Of a DNA stretch of 64,000 nucleotides, positions 1-10,148 are shown piece by piece. The position numbers and the translations under genes are program-made. This stretch comes from Malacoraja senta (Eukaryota). The notes under the pieces were generated by a model. The model did no database searches and was not told the DNA's origin. It saw only the letters and a program-made list of their open reading frames with translations. The stretch lies in contig CM075990.1 in NCBI GenBank assembly GCA_038087875.1, positions 14,696,001-14,760,000 of the forward strand, written 5' to 3'. Within the stretch, counting starts at the first letter, position 1. The number at the start of each line of letters is the position of its first letter.

Positions 1-95
1 TGTATAAAATACAGAGCTGCAGCTGGCAGCTTGCAAAGCCGTAAAAATAAAACAAACAACGGCATTCTCAGTCTTTTTCTGTAATATAAATTAGC

Positions 96-146
96 ATGTC
101 AGTGATGGCGAGCAACGATATAGGGGTCGTTGTTGATGGAACTCAA
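96..146 (+). CDS. LRMDA: LRMDA (C10orf11) coding exon 1; start at ATG 96 or in-frame ATG 105
   Basis: Reads MSVMASNDIGVVVDGTQ, followed by a canonical donor CAA|GTAAGT at 147 (phase 0). It resembles the human LRMDA N-terminus MAGLVVRGTQ and splices in frame to the exon at 13275. Confidence 0.85.
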
Positions 147-1480
147 GTAAGTGCAAAGTATTTAAACACTTGCCTTTATTTACACAGAACAAAAGAAGAA
201 GTCTGCATTTGAACTAGTTCACTTGTTAGGGACAGGGTTTAGTTCATTGTTTTATGTTCGTTAGTTATATTTTGCAGGTTACAACATTTTTTTTCCGGGG
301 CTTTTACCCACTTTGATGTCAACTGACTCGCCACTTAACCTTACACATCTTGGTCATTTGAAAAAAAAAACGTTTTTATAAAATAAATTAACGTAAATAA
401 TACCAAAAATTGTGGATTAGCGCTTTCACCTAATTATTTTGAGAGGATTGATACGTAAATTTACTGTTCATCAAATTTGCTTTTACATATATATATATTT
501 TCCTCTTGCAAATCCTTTTGCTTGTAATTAGAGGGAAGCCGTTAATTGAATACAGTATTTGCAGAAGACGGGAGTGTTACTGATCTAGGGAGTATTTTCA
601 AATATAGCAAAATAGCGGAAGATTGAAGGGCGAGATTAAAAATTGCAATTGACGGTTTCATTCCACAAGAATTGCACAAGAAGGGCTAGAATGGGTTTTC
701 TTGAATGGTGGACGAGGGAAGTTGCACGCACCTCATCTAAGGAAAAGATGGATGTTGGAAAGAAAATAAGGAAGGTCAGTGGCCCATCTTCCACTTAAAA
801 CACTCGTGTTAATAACTTTAGCAGGAGAGTTGACTTGGTGGAGATAACACTCTAAGAATGTTACAAAGTTAGATTAGTTTAGGAAAGCTGTGACTTATCT
901 TAATGTGCTTCACCTGTGCCCATTATTGTCTGCACAGTCGCTTATCATAAATTCAGGAACTTCTAATAGCTTTCCTCTGACTTTTCAACGCTTATATTTG
1001 CAAAACCATCAATAGCTTGCTACAAATGGAAATCTCATCTGGTTCTCTTTCATACAGAACAGTAAATGTAATATTGCCAATAATGAACAGAGAACAAACA
1101 TATGAGATAGGTACTGGGTATAACTAGTGGAAATAGTGGTGACTTTGGTATGCCACCATAATTGTCTAAGCATTATTGACAGAATTGGCTATGCTTTCCA
1201 ATTGCTATCTGCTTGTATAGTCAATTAAACACTTTTATATTTGCTGGCCAAAATTGATTCCTCTAATCATTCAGCAGGAAAGGAGATACATTTATTGCCA
1301 TTGACAGATTGTAAATATCTCTTTCAGGGTTTGGATCTGAAAATATTTTGGCCTTTGATAAAATCTCACCTAGTTTTGCCAGTGATAGTGATTTAAAACA
1401 GGTAGGCAAGGAGCTACAGCAGATTGAGTCTTTGTTTGAAGTTTCATGGTGAGGCTCAAGTCTGCCCAAGGCATGAACTT

Positions 1481-1760
1481 GTGTAGGAAGGACCTGCAGA
1501 TGCTGGTATAAACCGAAGATAGATACAACATGCTGGAGTAACTCAGCGGGACAAGCAGCATCTCTGGAGAGAAGGAATGGGTGACGTTTCGGGTTGAGAC
1601 CCTTCTTCAGACCTTTTTTCAGAGGGACAGTCAGACTGGCTGGGGAACTGGGAAGGCGGAGGGATGGAGAGAGAGGGAAAGCAAGGGTTACTTGAAGTTA
1701 GAGAAGTCAATATCCATACCGCTGGGGTGTAAGCTGCCCAAGCAAAATATTAGGTGTTTT
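1481..1760 (-). mobile_element. Penelope-like element 3' fragment (GIY-YIG C-terminus, 3' UTR, hammerhead-like core)
   Basis: Minus strand encodes ...LIFCLGSLHPSGMDIDFSNFK*, then GTCTGAAGAAGGGTCTCAACCCGAAACGTCAC. Same family as 22430-23167. Confidence 0.8.
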
Positions 1761-2473
1761 TAAAGTCCAAGGCATTCACTTTATATTAGACTGGAGGAGT
1801 AGCACTGATAGACCTGTTTCTTGTCCTTCTAATCATAGCCTAATATGATCTGTGAGGTTTCCACAAATATGGTGGCTTGGTCAAGTCTTGGGAAGTGGTC
1901 TTAATCCCTAAAGAATGACATTTTTTTTCAACTATTTATATTGGCGAAGGACATGAACAGACAATTTTTCCAAATGAGAAAATGAGAGATTGTCCTCTTG
2001 GCGTCCCTCAGCGCTATACCCCTGGGCTCCACTGTTGCCCAGGTTTCTACTCTGTGGAGACTGGTAGCACTTTGGATGCACCTCTGACCTTGGTCAATTT
2101 ATTTAAATTAATTCATTTGATGTTTTGAATAATCCTAAAAACATTGGCAAAATCACCCATTGAAAAGCATCATAAGACATAATAGGTAGTGCAGCCCATG
2201 CATTAGACCATTTAGTTTGTTGGAATAGTGCTCTCATATAATTTGAGCCCTCTAGCTAGTACAATCTTTCAAGGCATTACATGAACAGGTATGTTACCAA
2301 AGAGAATTTTTGATATGTATGCACATGAGATATTGGTATTAAGGTAAGGGAATACCAAATACAACCTAACCAAAGTCCTATAAAGCTGCAACATGACTCC
2401 CTGACTTTTGTACTCGATGCCCAACCAATGAAGGCAAGCATACCATACACCACTTTTACCATCTATCTACGTG

Positions 2474-2715
2474 TTTAGTTTAGGGATACAGTATAGAAAT
2501 GGGCTCTTCGGCCCACCAACTCCATGCCAACCAGTTCACACGCGTTTGATATCATCCCATATTTTCTCATCCACTTTCTACACATTAGGAACAAACCCAC
2601 GTGTTTTGGGGATGTGGGAGGAAACCCATGAGACGCACAGAGAGAATGCACAAACTCCACACAGGTCTCTGGTGCTATGAGGCAGCAGCTCTACCAGCTG
2701 CAACACTGTGCTGCG
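2474..2715 (-). mobile_element. HE1-like V-SINE, degenerate
   Basis: Reverse complement of the 7052-7357 family, with a (TAAAC)n tail. Confidence 0.7.
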
Positions 2716-3314
2716 CTATGAGAGAGACGAGCATAGCAGGAACTGGCAGAATGCCTGAGGCAGACTGTAAATATGCAACTAATACACATTTGCCATGGAG
2801 AGGGATGGAGTCGATGGCTTATAGTGAAATCTAGACACATTGTTTACATTCTTGCTGATAATTAATTGCATATACAGTTCTAGAAGTCAGTGATATTGAT
2901 AAATTTATAGCAAACAGATGTCAAGAGATGTGGTCATGAGTAAGAGCTGGAAACACTTTTTGGTGAGATGAGGACATTCTGGGTCGGGCTGGCATTCATT
3001 GCCAACCTTGAAATGCCCTTGAGGTCTGCAGTCCTTCACATGCCCCTACACCAACAATGCCATTGGGAAGGAATTTTGGATCATCGACCCATATTTTCAA
3101 TGCTGTAAGAGGGAAACCTGCAGCCATGGTGTTTCCATGCACCTGCAGGCCTTGTTCATGACGGTAGAGGTCACGGGTTTGGGACCTACTGTCTGAGTAG
3201 CCCAGGCAACTAATTGCATTGCATTTTGTAGGTGGCACACACTGTAACACCATTCACTGATGGTGGGGAAATGGGTGTTTTTGGTGTTGAATAAGATGTC
3301 AATAAATTTGTCCA

Positions 3315-3515
3315 AACACAAAGTGTTGGAGTTCCTCAGTGGGTCAGGCAGCACCAGTGGAGGGAACAGACAGGCAATGTTTTGGGTCGGGACTCTTTGT
3401 CAGAGTCTGAAGAAGAGTCCCAACCCAAAATGCCACCTATCCAATCCCTCCAATCTGAGTTATTTCAACACGGTGCTTTGCTCAAGTTTCCAGCATCTGC
3501 AGTTCCTTGTGTCTC
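3315..3515. mobile_element. Penelope-derived hairpin element, diverged
   Basis: acacaaagtgttggagttcctcagtgggtcaggcagca...gtctgaagaagagtcc...cagcatctgcagttcc. Confidence 0.6.
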
Positions 3516-3791
3516 TGTTTTGAATTGGTGTTGAGCTTCCAGGTAAGAGGAGAGTGACCTGTCATATTCCCAGTTTGTGTCTTGTGGAGGATGGGAAGGC
3601 TTTGGGTTATCAGTCAGTGAGCCACTCACCATAGGATACCCAGTTTAGCTCCTGTGGTAGTTCCATTGGAGTTTCTGATCACTGGTGACAACCTAACCTT
3701 CCCACTCTGGTAGGAAGTGTGGGAGAGATCAACATGCACGTGGAAAATCATATATTATCGTGGGATATCCCTTAGATCAAGCCTATCAGGA

Positions 3792-4187
3792 CTGAGACAA
3801 AAGCACACTGGATAGCCACCAAGTGGTCACAGGAGTGGAAGGCAACCTCATCTCCATTACACAGCTACATCTCTTCACCAGATAAAAACTGTCCAGAGTC
3901 TGACCTCCCCAGAGGAGCATGGGTGAAGCTCAACAGACTTGGTACTGGAGTTGGGCGTTACAATGCCAGCATGTGGTGATGGGGGCTCTGCCAGAGCCCA
4001 GCCTGTGAATGCGGAGCAAAACAACAGACAGCCAACCATGTTACTTCTGGGTGCCCGCTCTACCACCCACCAAATGGAGCTCAGGGCCTGGGAGATATTG
4101 ACGCAGAGACAACAACCTGGCTGCTCAACACCCAGCTTGAGATCTAACTATTCCTTTGGTTTATGTTTCATTCGCAAGAAGAAGTAG
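3792..4187 (+). mobile_element. Vingi/Ingi-clade LINE, 5'-truncated 3' end, with 13-bp TSD
   Basis: Frame 3794-4147 reads ...DLPRGAWVKLNRLGTGVGRYNASMW*WGLCQSPACECGAKQQTANHVTSGCPLYHPP...WLLNTQLEI* (CCHC knuckle typical of Ingi/Vingi ORF ends). Tail CGCAAGAAGAAG. TSD AAGCCTATCAGGA at 3779-3791 and 4188-4200. Confidence 0.8.
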
Positions 4188-4337
4188 AAGCCTATCAGGA
4201 AATATGATTAAATTCTACTTTAAAAAAATTAGTTGTTCCATGACGCCATCGTGACCAGTTTTTGAAGTGTTCATTGATGTGTCAGAAGGACAAGTTGATT
4301 TCCTAATAAAGGGAACTTCAAGGTACAGATATGTGTT

Positions 4338-4554
4338 ACGGGTGTGGGAAAAAATGGCAGATGTTGATTTAAATTGAAGATAGACACAAAATGCTGGAGT
4401 AACTCAGCAGGACAGGCAGGCAGCATCTCTGGAGAGAAGGAATGGGTGATGTTTCGGGCGGTCTGAAGAAGGGTCTCCACCAGAAACGTCACCCATTCCT
4501 TCTCTCCAGAGATGCTGCCTGTCCTGCTGAGTTACTCCAGTATTTTGTGCCTAT
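4338..4554. mobile_element. Penelope-derived hairpin element with 14-bp TSD
   Basis: Inverted arms around GTCTGAAGAAGGGTCTC. TSD TACAGATATGTGTT at 4324-4337 and 4555-4568. Confidence 0.85.
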
Positions 4555-4689
4555 TACAGATATGTGTTCATGTCACTTCCAAGTCTGACCATGATGAGTT
4601 GGAGTGCCCAGTGAGTATCAAAGATAACTCTTAATCATGTCAATCAGCATACTCGGCACCATCACTCTTTGGAACAGTGAAAGTTTGTT

Positions 4690-5058
4690 TGAAAAGATGA
4701 TTGAAAAGGGCCAGGAAGCGAGCGGGCAAGATCATCTCTGATTCCTCTCATCCTGACCACAAACTCTTTGAAGCACTTCCCTCTGGAAGGCGACTCCGGA
4801 CTATCAAAGCCGCCACAGCCAGACATAGAAACAACTTTTTTTCCACGAGTAGTAGCTCTACTCAACAAGCAAAAGTCTGTAGCCTCCATGTGCTCTGGTA
4901 TTTTATTTCATTCTTCACATGTTTAAATTATAATGTTTTATTTTGAATTGTCTACTGTATATTGTGTTGTTACTTGCGAGCAAAGCACCAAGTCAAATTC
5001 CTTGTATGTCTACATACTTGGCTAATAAAATGTATTCAATTCAATTCAATTCAATTAT
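4690..5058 (+). mobile_element. Rex1/Babar-type LINE 3' end
   Basis: KRAGKIISDSSHPDHKLFEALPSGRRLRTIKAATARHRNNFF, then a 3' UTR with AATAAA and an (ATTCA)n tail. Confidence 0.8.
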
Positions 5059-5798
5059 ATAGCTGCTGCTGGCGCCGACGATGGCAGCCACGGTGTACTG
5101 CTCCTTGCTGTTACTTACTAAACTTACTTACTTACTTATATTAAAAAAAGGTATTTTGATGAGGGCTTCAGTCCCATAATGTTGACTGCTTCTCTTTCCA
5201 CGGATGCTGCTTCCCCTGCATTTTTCCAGCACTTTCTATTTTTATTTTCAGTCTCCAGTATTAGTTTCTTTTTTTTCGTACATTTAACCGGAACAAATGA
5301 AACACTTTGACAACATTTTTAATGTAAAATACCATTATGTATATTGGTCTGATGTAAAAAAAAATCGAATTGGGAAATTGGAGCCATTTTACTGTTCTAT
5401 AACGTTGGTCAAATCAAATGAGAAACATTACTGCGTGTTTGATGATTCATTTATCCAATTTTATGACAAAGACCTTTTAATGGAAGCGCGTCTTTCAATT
5501 TCATGGTGGAGATAAATAGGTTTGAAAGCTGGATATTTAATCTCAAACTTGTTTTATATTACTTTTAAAATACCAAACAAAATGTTAAATTGATGTGGAA
5601 TTTTCAAGCTTATTGTTTCAAGAAAGTTATTTGCTGTTTGTTTAAAAAAGTTTACGATTCCAAACCACAACTGGGCACCCAAATTCACTTGATCAGAGTT
5701 TTAAACAGTAAATTTGAAGTTTTACTCTTTCAGTAATAATGTTTTTTCGTGTCATGAGGAGTTGGAAATTAATGTGCGGTACTTGCAGCACCAGAAGT

Positions 5799-6075
5799 CT
5801 TCTTCTTGCGTTTGAGGCAGCAGACGTTACGTAACGCCCTCCAGGCGCTGTAGACAGTTTGGCCATCCGCATTCAGCTGCAGCAGGGTGATGCCGCCCGG
5901 TTTGACCCTAAAAATGGTGCATGCTCCAGGTTGGCGCCAAGCCATGGCAACAGAGGTTGCATTAGGGCTGCAAGCTGCGGCGACTGAGGTTGCATTACTT
6001 CTGCTGCCATCTCTGTTTGTTGTCGCTCGTCAGTTGACAGGGCTCACCACGGGGAAGTCGACAACATGAGCCCCC
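5799..6075 (-). mobile_element. Short non-autonomous retroposon with 5' HDV-like ribozyme and Vingi-type (GAA)n tail
   Basis: Minus strand starts GGGGGCTC... and ends CGCAAGAAGAAG. TSD AGCACCAGAAGT (5787-5798) / AGTACCAGAATT (6077-6088), 10/12 identical. Confidence 0.75.
6018..6074 (-). ncRNA. Candidate minimal HDV-like self-cleaving ribozyme (57 nt)
   Basis: GGGGCTC-A-TGTTGTCG-ACT-TCCCCGT-GGT-GAGCCCT-G-TCAACTGA-CGAG-CGACAACA. P1 is 7 bp with a G1.U wobble, P2 is 8 bp perfect, P3 is 3 bp, L3 is UCCCCGU and J4/2 is CGAG. Confidence 0.75.
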
Positions 6076-6394
6076 AAGTACCAGAATTGGAATGGTAAAA
6101 TAGAAACAATTTTCAAAGTTAGAATTAGTTTAAAAAAAAACTAGGTAGCCAGTCATTGTTTTTTTCGTGACAGTATGTGCCAATTCGGCACCTCGAAAAA
6201 GTGTAAAAACTAGATTAATGTGCAGCAGCTAATAGCGACACATGAACTATTATATGTGTGCTGGCATCTTTTGCCGATCAAATAAAAGCAATATTTGTGG
6301 ACATATATAGCATTGAAATGTGTCCATGAAAACATCAAGGTCCCAAGTATACTAATTCCGTTTACCAGCAATTGGTCACAGTCTTTTATGGGAA

Positions 6395-6692
6395 TTCATG
6401 TGATAGGAACTGAATTAGGCCATTTGGCCCATCAAGTCTACTCTGTCATTCAATCATGGCTGATCTATCTCTCCCTCCTAACCCCATTGTCCTGCCTTCT
6501 CCCCATAACCCCAGACACCCGTACTAATCAAGGATCTATCTATCTCTGCCTTAAAAATATCAATTGACTTGGACACACAGCCTTCTGTGGCAATGAATGC
6601 CACAGATTAATAAAATAAATTCCTCCTCATCTCCTTCCTAAAGGAATGTCCTTTAATTCTGAGGCTATGACCTCTGGTTCTAGACTCTCCCA
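6395..6692 (-). mobile_element. CR1 (HER1-like) LINE 3' fragment
   Basis: Same 3' end family as 34060-34702 and 60840-61175. Confidence 0.75.
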
Positions 6693-7051
6693 CAAGTGTT
6701 CTTCTAGTTCTAAAATGTTGTGGGAGTCCCAACCTTCACTACTCTCCCTAGTCCATCAGAGACTATGGTCATTGGCCAACTCTTTGATTGTGAGGTTAAC
6801 AGCAGATTACTGTTTTGATTTAGTTTAATATATTTATACTGTCTTCTTTATGTTGGCTGCTTTTCCATTGCTCTTTCAGTCTAGATGAAGGGTTTCGACC
6901 TGAAATGTCAACAGTCCATTTCTCACCAAAAATGCCGCCTGACTCACTAATTTCCTCCAGCCTCTTTGGTTTTTATCACTGCAGATTCCAGCATCTGCAA
7001 TCTCTTGTGCCTTTGAGTTGTTTTCGAACCGATTTGATACCAATAATTTGA

Positions 7052-7357
7052 GGGCGGCACGGTGGCACAGCGGTAGAGTTGCTGCCTTATAGTGCTTTCA
7101 GCACCGGGGACCCGGGTTCGATCCTGACTACGGGTGCTGTCTGTACGGAACTTGTACGTTTTCTCCCCGTGACCTGCGGGGGTTTTCTCCGAGATCTTCG
7201 GTTTCCTCCCACACTCCAAAGACGTACAGGTTTATAGGCTAATTAGCTTGGTGTATGTGTAAAATTGTCCCCAGTGCGTGTTAATGTGCGCGGATCGCTG
7301 GTTGGCGTGGACTCGGTGGGCCGATGGGCCTGTATCTGCGCTGTATCTCTAAACTAA
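7052..7357 (+). mobile_element. HE1-like tRNA-derived V-SINE, near full length
   Basis: A box TGGCACAGCGG, B box GGTTCGATCC, V-domain-like core GGTTTCCTCCCACACTCCAAAGAC, CR1-like tail GGGCCGATGGGCCTGT...CTCTAAACTAA. Confidence 0.85.
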
Positions 7358-7547
7358 GGTAGTAAGCTTAAAGAAAAGCGTAATTGATCATAATATTCCA
7401 AAATGTTTTATATTGAGTTAACCACATTTGAAATGCAGTAGATATGTGTACCGAATAGCGAATGGATATCACTGAAAATCAAATAATTGTCATTGTGAAT
7501 GTGTAAAAGTATTTTTATAGTTGGGGCACTTTTCTACTTTGTTACAA

Positions 7548-8110
7548 GGTGTATAAGAGGTGTACAAGATCATGACAGGAATAGATTGGGTATATGCACA
7601 GAGTCTCTTGCCCAGAGTAGGTGAATCGAGGACTCGAAGACATAGCTTCAAGGTGGAGGGGAAAAAATTTAATAGGTATCTGAGGAGTAACTTTTTCACA
7701 CAAAGGGTTGTGGGTCTTTTTCTCGTTGAGTCCACACACAAGATTAGAAGTTTTTCAGCCAGAGCTGAACACATGTCTCGGCATCTGCATACAATGGTGT
7801 CTGTCTTGTGCTTCTTGTGCTTCTTGTGCGTGGTGGTGGAAAGATTGGTGGAAACAGGGCCACGACGTGAATGCTATTTCCTTGACCCCAGGGTGGTGGG
7901 TGTATGGAACAAGCTGCCAGAGGAAGTAGTTGAGGCAGGGACTATCCCAACTTTTAAGAAACAGTTAGACAGCTACATGGATAGGACAGGTTTGGTGGGA
8001 TATGGACCAATTGCGTGGAGGTGGGACGAGTGTAGCTGGGACATATTGGCCGGTGTGGGTAAGTTGGGCCGAAGGACCTGTTTCCACACTGTATCACTCT
8101 ATGACTCTAA
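7548..8110 (+). mobile_element. CR1 LINE 3' fragment interrupted by a 174-bp insertion
   Basis: YKIMTGIDWV...RTRRHSFKVEGKKFNRYLRSNFFTQRVV | insertion | RVVGVWNKLPEEVVEAGT, the typical CR1 ORF2 C-terminus. Confidence 0.85.
7716..7889 (-). mobile_element. Second short retroposon with a degenerate HDV-like 5' head, inserted in CR1
   Basis: TSD AGGGTTGTGGGT (7704-7715) / AGGGTGGTGGGT (7890-7901). Minus strand starts GGGGTCAAGGAAATAGCATTCACGTCGTGGCCCT and ends CTCAACGAGAAAAAG. Confidence 0.65.
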
Positions 8111-9049
8111 GATTATTATTGGGCATATGGGGTTCACTGACAAGATCAGTATTTATTTTTCATCTCTTTAATGTTCACAAAGTGGTCACAATTCAACTGA
8201 CGAAGGTACTCCATCATTGCTGTTGGAATGGCAATTCCCAGATTAGACCCAGTGCTAATGTAGGATCGTTGTGATGTGTCTTGGAGGGGAGCCTGCAGTT
8301 AGTGATGTGCAGAATATAATTCTGCTGCTGACTTCCCTTTGCATCACATGGATGTCCATTCTAAGGTGCCAAATCGATTCAGAATCTTTTCCCATTGAGC
8401 AGGGTGATAGCACCATAGTGCAGGCTGCAGGAGGTCCTTTATGAGACTTGTCTTTGCAAAGACTGGGGAACAACCATTGTCCAGTGGAATGCATATTGTT
8501 CTTGCTGATGCTTATTATTAAGTTCTCAGATGCAAAAATTAATATGAATGCTGCAATTTGCCAGTGTAGTTAATTAAATCCAATTTTTAGAAAATCTGCA
8601 AAATGTTTTTGCATTGCATGTTTAATCCACATAGGCACCACAAATGAATTTGATTCAGAGATAACCTTACTATGTAGTCAAATCATTGTTAGTTTAGAGA
8701 TTGAATGCTGACTAATTATATAGAATCTGGGCCAGATTCATAGGTTATACCTTTTGAAAAGAAACATGATTCACTTTTCCTTCATTCATCTGGAGCAAAC
8801 AAAATGACTGCCAGATTTGTCAGTCTTGTTTGCAGTGAGTCTTGGCTCATTGGCAGTTTTTTCATCTTCTTGACTTAGAAAATTATGGATCCAATCCACA
8901 CACTGTGCAGTTTGGAGGAATGGAGTCTTCCAGGAGATACGGGTCAAATAACGCACCATCTCTCCCATTTCATGCAAAAGATCCTATGACATAATTTGGA
9001 GAATGGTCTCCTGCCAATTGCGATCTCACATCAACCCCAATTTTTGAAA

Positions 9050-9430
9050 AAGGCACAAAGTGCTGGAGTAACTCAGTGGGACAGGCAGCATCTCTGGAGA
9101 ACATGGATAGGCAAACTTTGGTTTGGGACACTTCTTCAGGTTAATTGTAGTAGGGGGGGGAGAAAGCTGAAAGAGAGGTGGGGGTGCGACAAAGCCAGGC
9201 AAGTGGTAGGTGGATATAGATGAGTAGGGTTTGATCGGTAGATGGATGGATAAAGGACAGAGATGGGAAGAAGACAAAAGGTTGTGAGATTAGGAGATGC
9301 GGAAAGAAGAGGAGTGAAATGTGAAGTCAGAGGAAATGTGGTCAGAGGGTTGTGAGCTACCCAAGCGGAATATGCGGTACTCCAGTACTTTGTCTTTTTT
9401 TGTAAATCAGCATCTGCGGTTCTTTGTGTC
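9050..9430 (-). mobile_element. Penelope-like element 3' UTR fragment
   Basis: cacaaagtgctggagtaactcagtgggacaggcagcatctctggag, then a purine-rich stretch and gctacccaagcggaatatg (GIY-YIG end). Confidence 0.6.
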
Positions 9431-9879
9431 AACAACAATTAATCACCTTTAATTGCTTACAACACCTTGCTGCACTGGAGTTGGCTCCAGTGTTTACCAC
9501 AGTTACAACAGTGACTGTTCTGTCAGATTTGACACACTTTAGCAGAGCAAAGTCCTGAACTGTGCTAGACAAATGCAAGCTGCTGACCGCATTTGAGGAT
9601 GTGGTGGGCAGCAAAGGAGGGAGCCACAAGGACATGGTTGCATGCCGATATCAATGAGTTCTGCAGCTTCATGAATCTCAGAAAAACCTACAGTGAAAGC
9701 ACAAACTTTGGAGGTACTTTAATACATAATGTTCATCCAAGGTTTTTTTCTCTCACTATTAATAATAACAAACTGACAAATATTGAATTGACAAATAATC
9801 AAACTTGTCTGCCACTTGTACAGTCAACAGTTGACTTTTATTTTACTGTGTAGTACAATTCTAGTCTCTGCTTCTGCCA

Positions 9880-10148
9880 CAAATGAGATGAGGAAGAATT
9901 TCTTTAGCCAGAGGGTGGTCAATTTGTGGAATTCATTGCCACAGATGGCTATGGAGGCCAAGTCACTGGATATTTTTAAGATGGATGGAGATTGACAGAT
10001 TCTTGATTAGTAAGGGTGTCATGGGTTATGGGGAAATTAAGGGTGGAGGATGGGGTTGAGAGGGAAATATAGATCAGCCATGATTGAATGGTAGAGTAGA
10101 CTTGAAGGGCCGAATGGCCTAATTCTGCTCTTGGGACTTGTGAACATG
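9880..10148 (+). mobile_element. CR1 LINE 3' fragment
   Basis: gagatgaggaagaatttctttagccagagggtggt...gggccgaatggcctaattctgctc. Confidence 0.8.

Noticed and set aside
7052..7130. tRNA gene
   Set aside because: The A and B boxes belong to the head of a multi-copy SINE; I could not form a complete cloverleaf.
7560..8171. 203-aa ORF as a host gene or novel fusion protein
   Set aside because: It is a CR1 ORF2 C-terminus. The 174-bp insert plus the 12-bp TSD is 186 bp, a multiple of three, which keeps the frame by chance.
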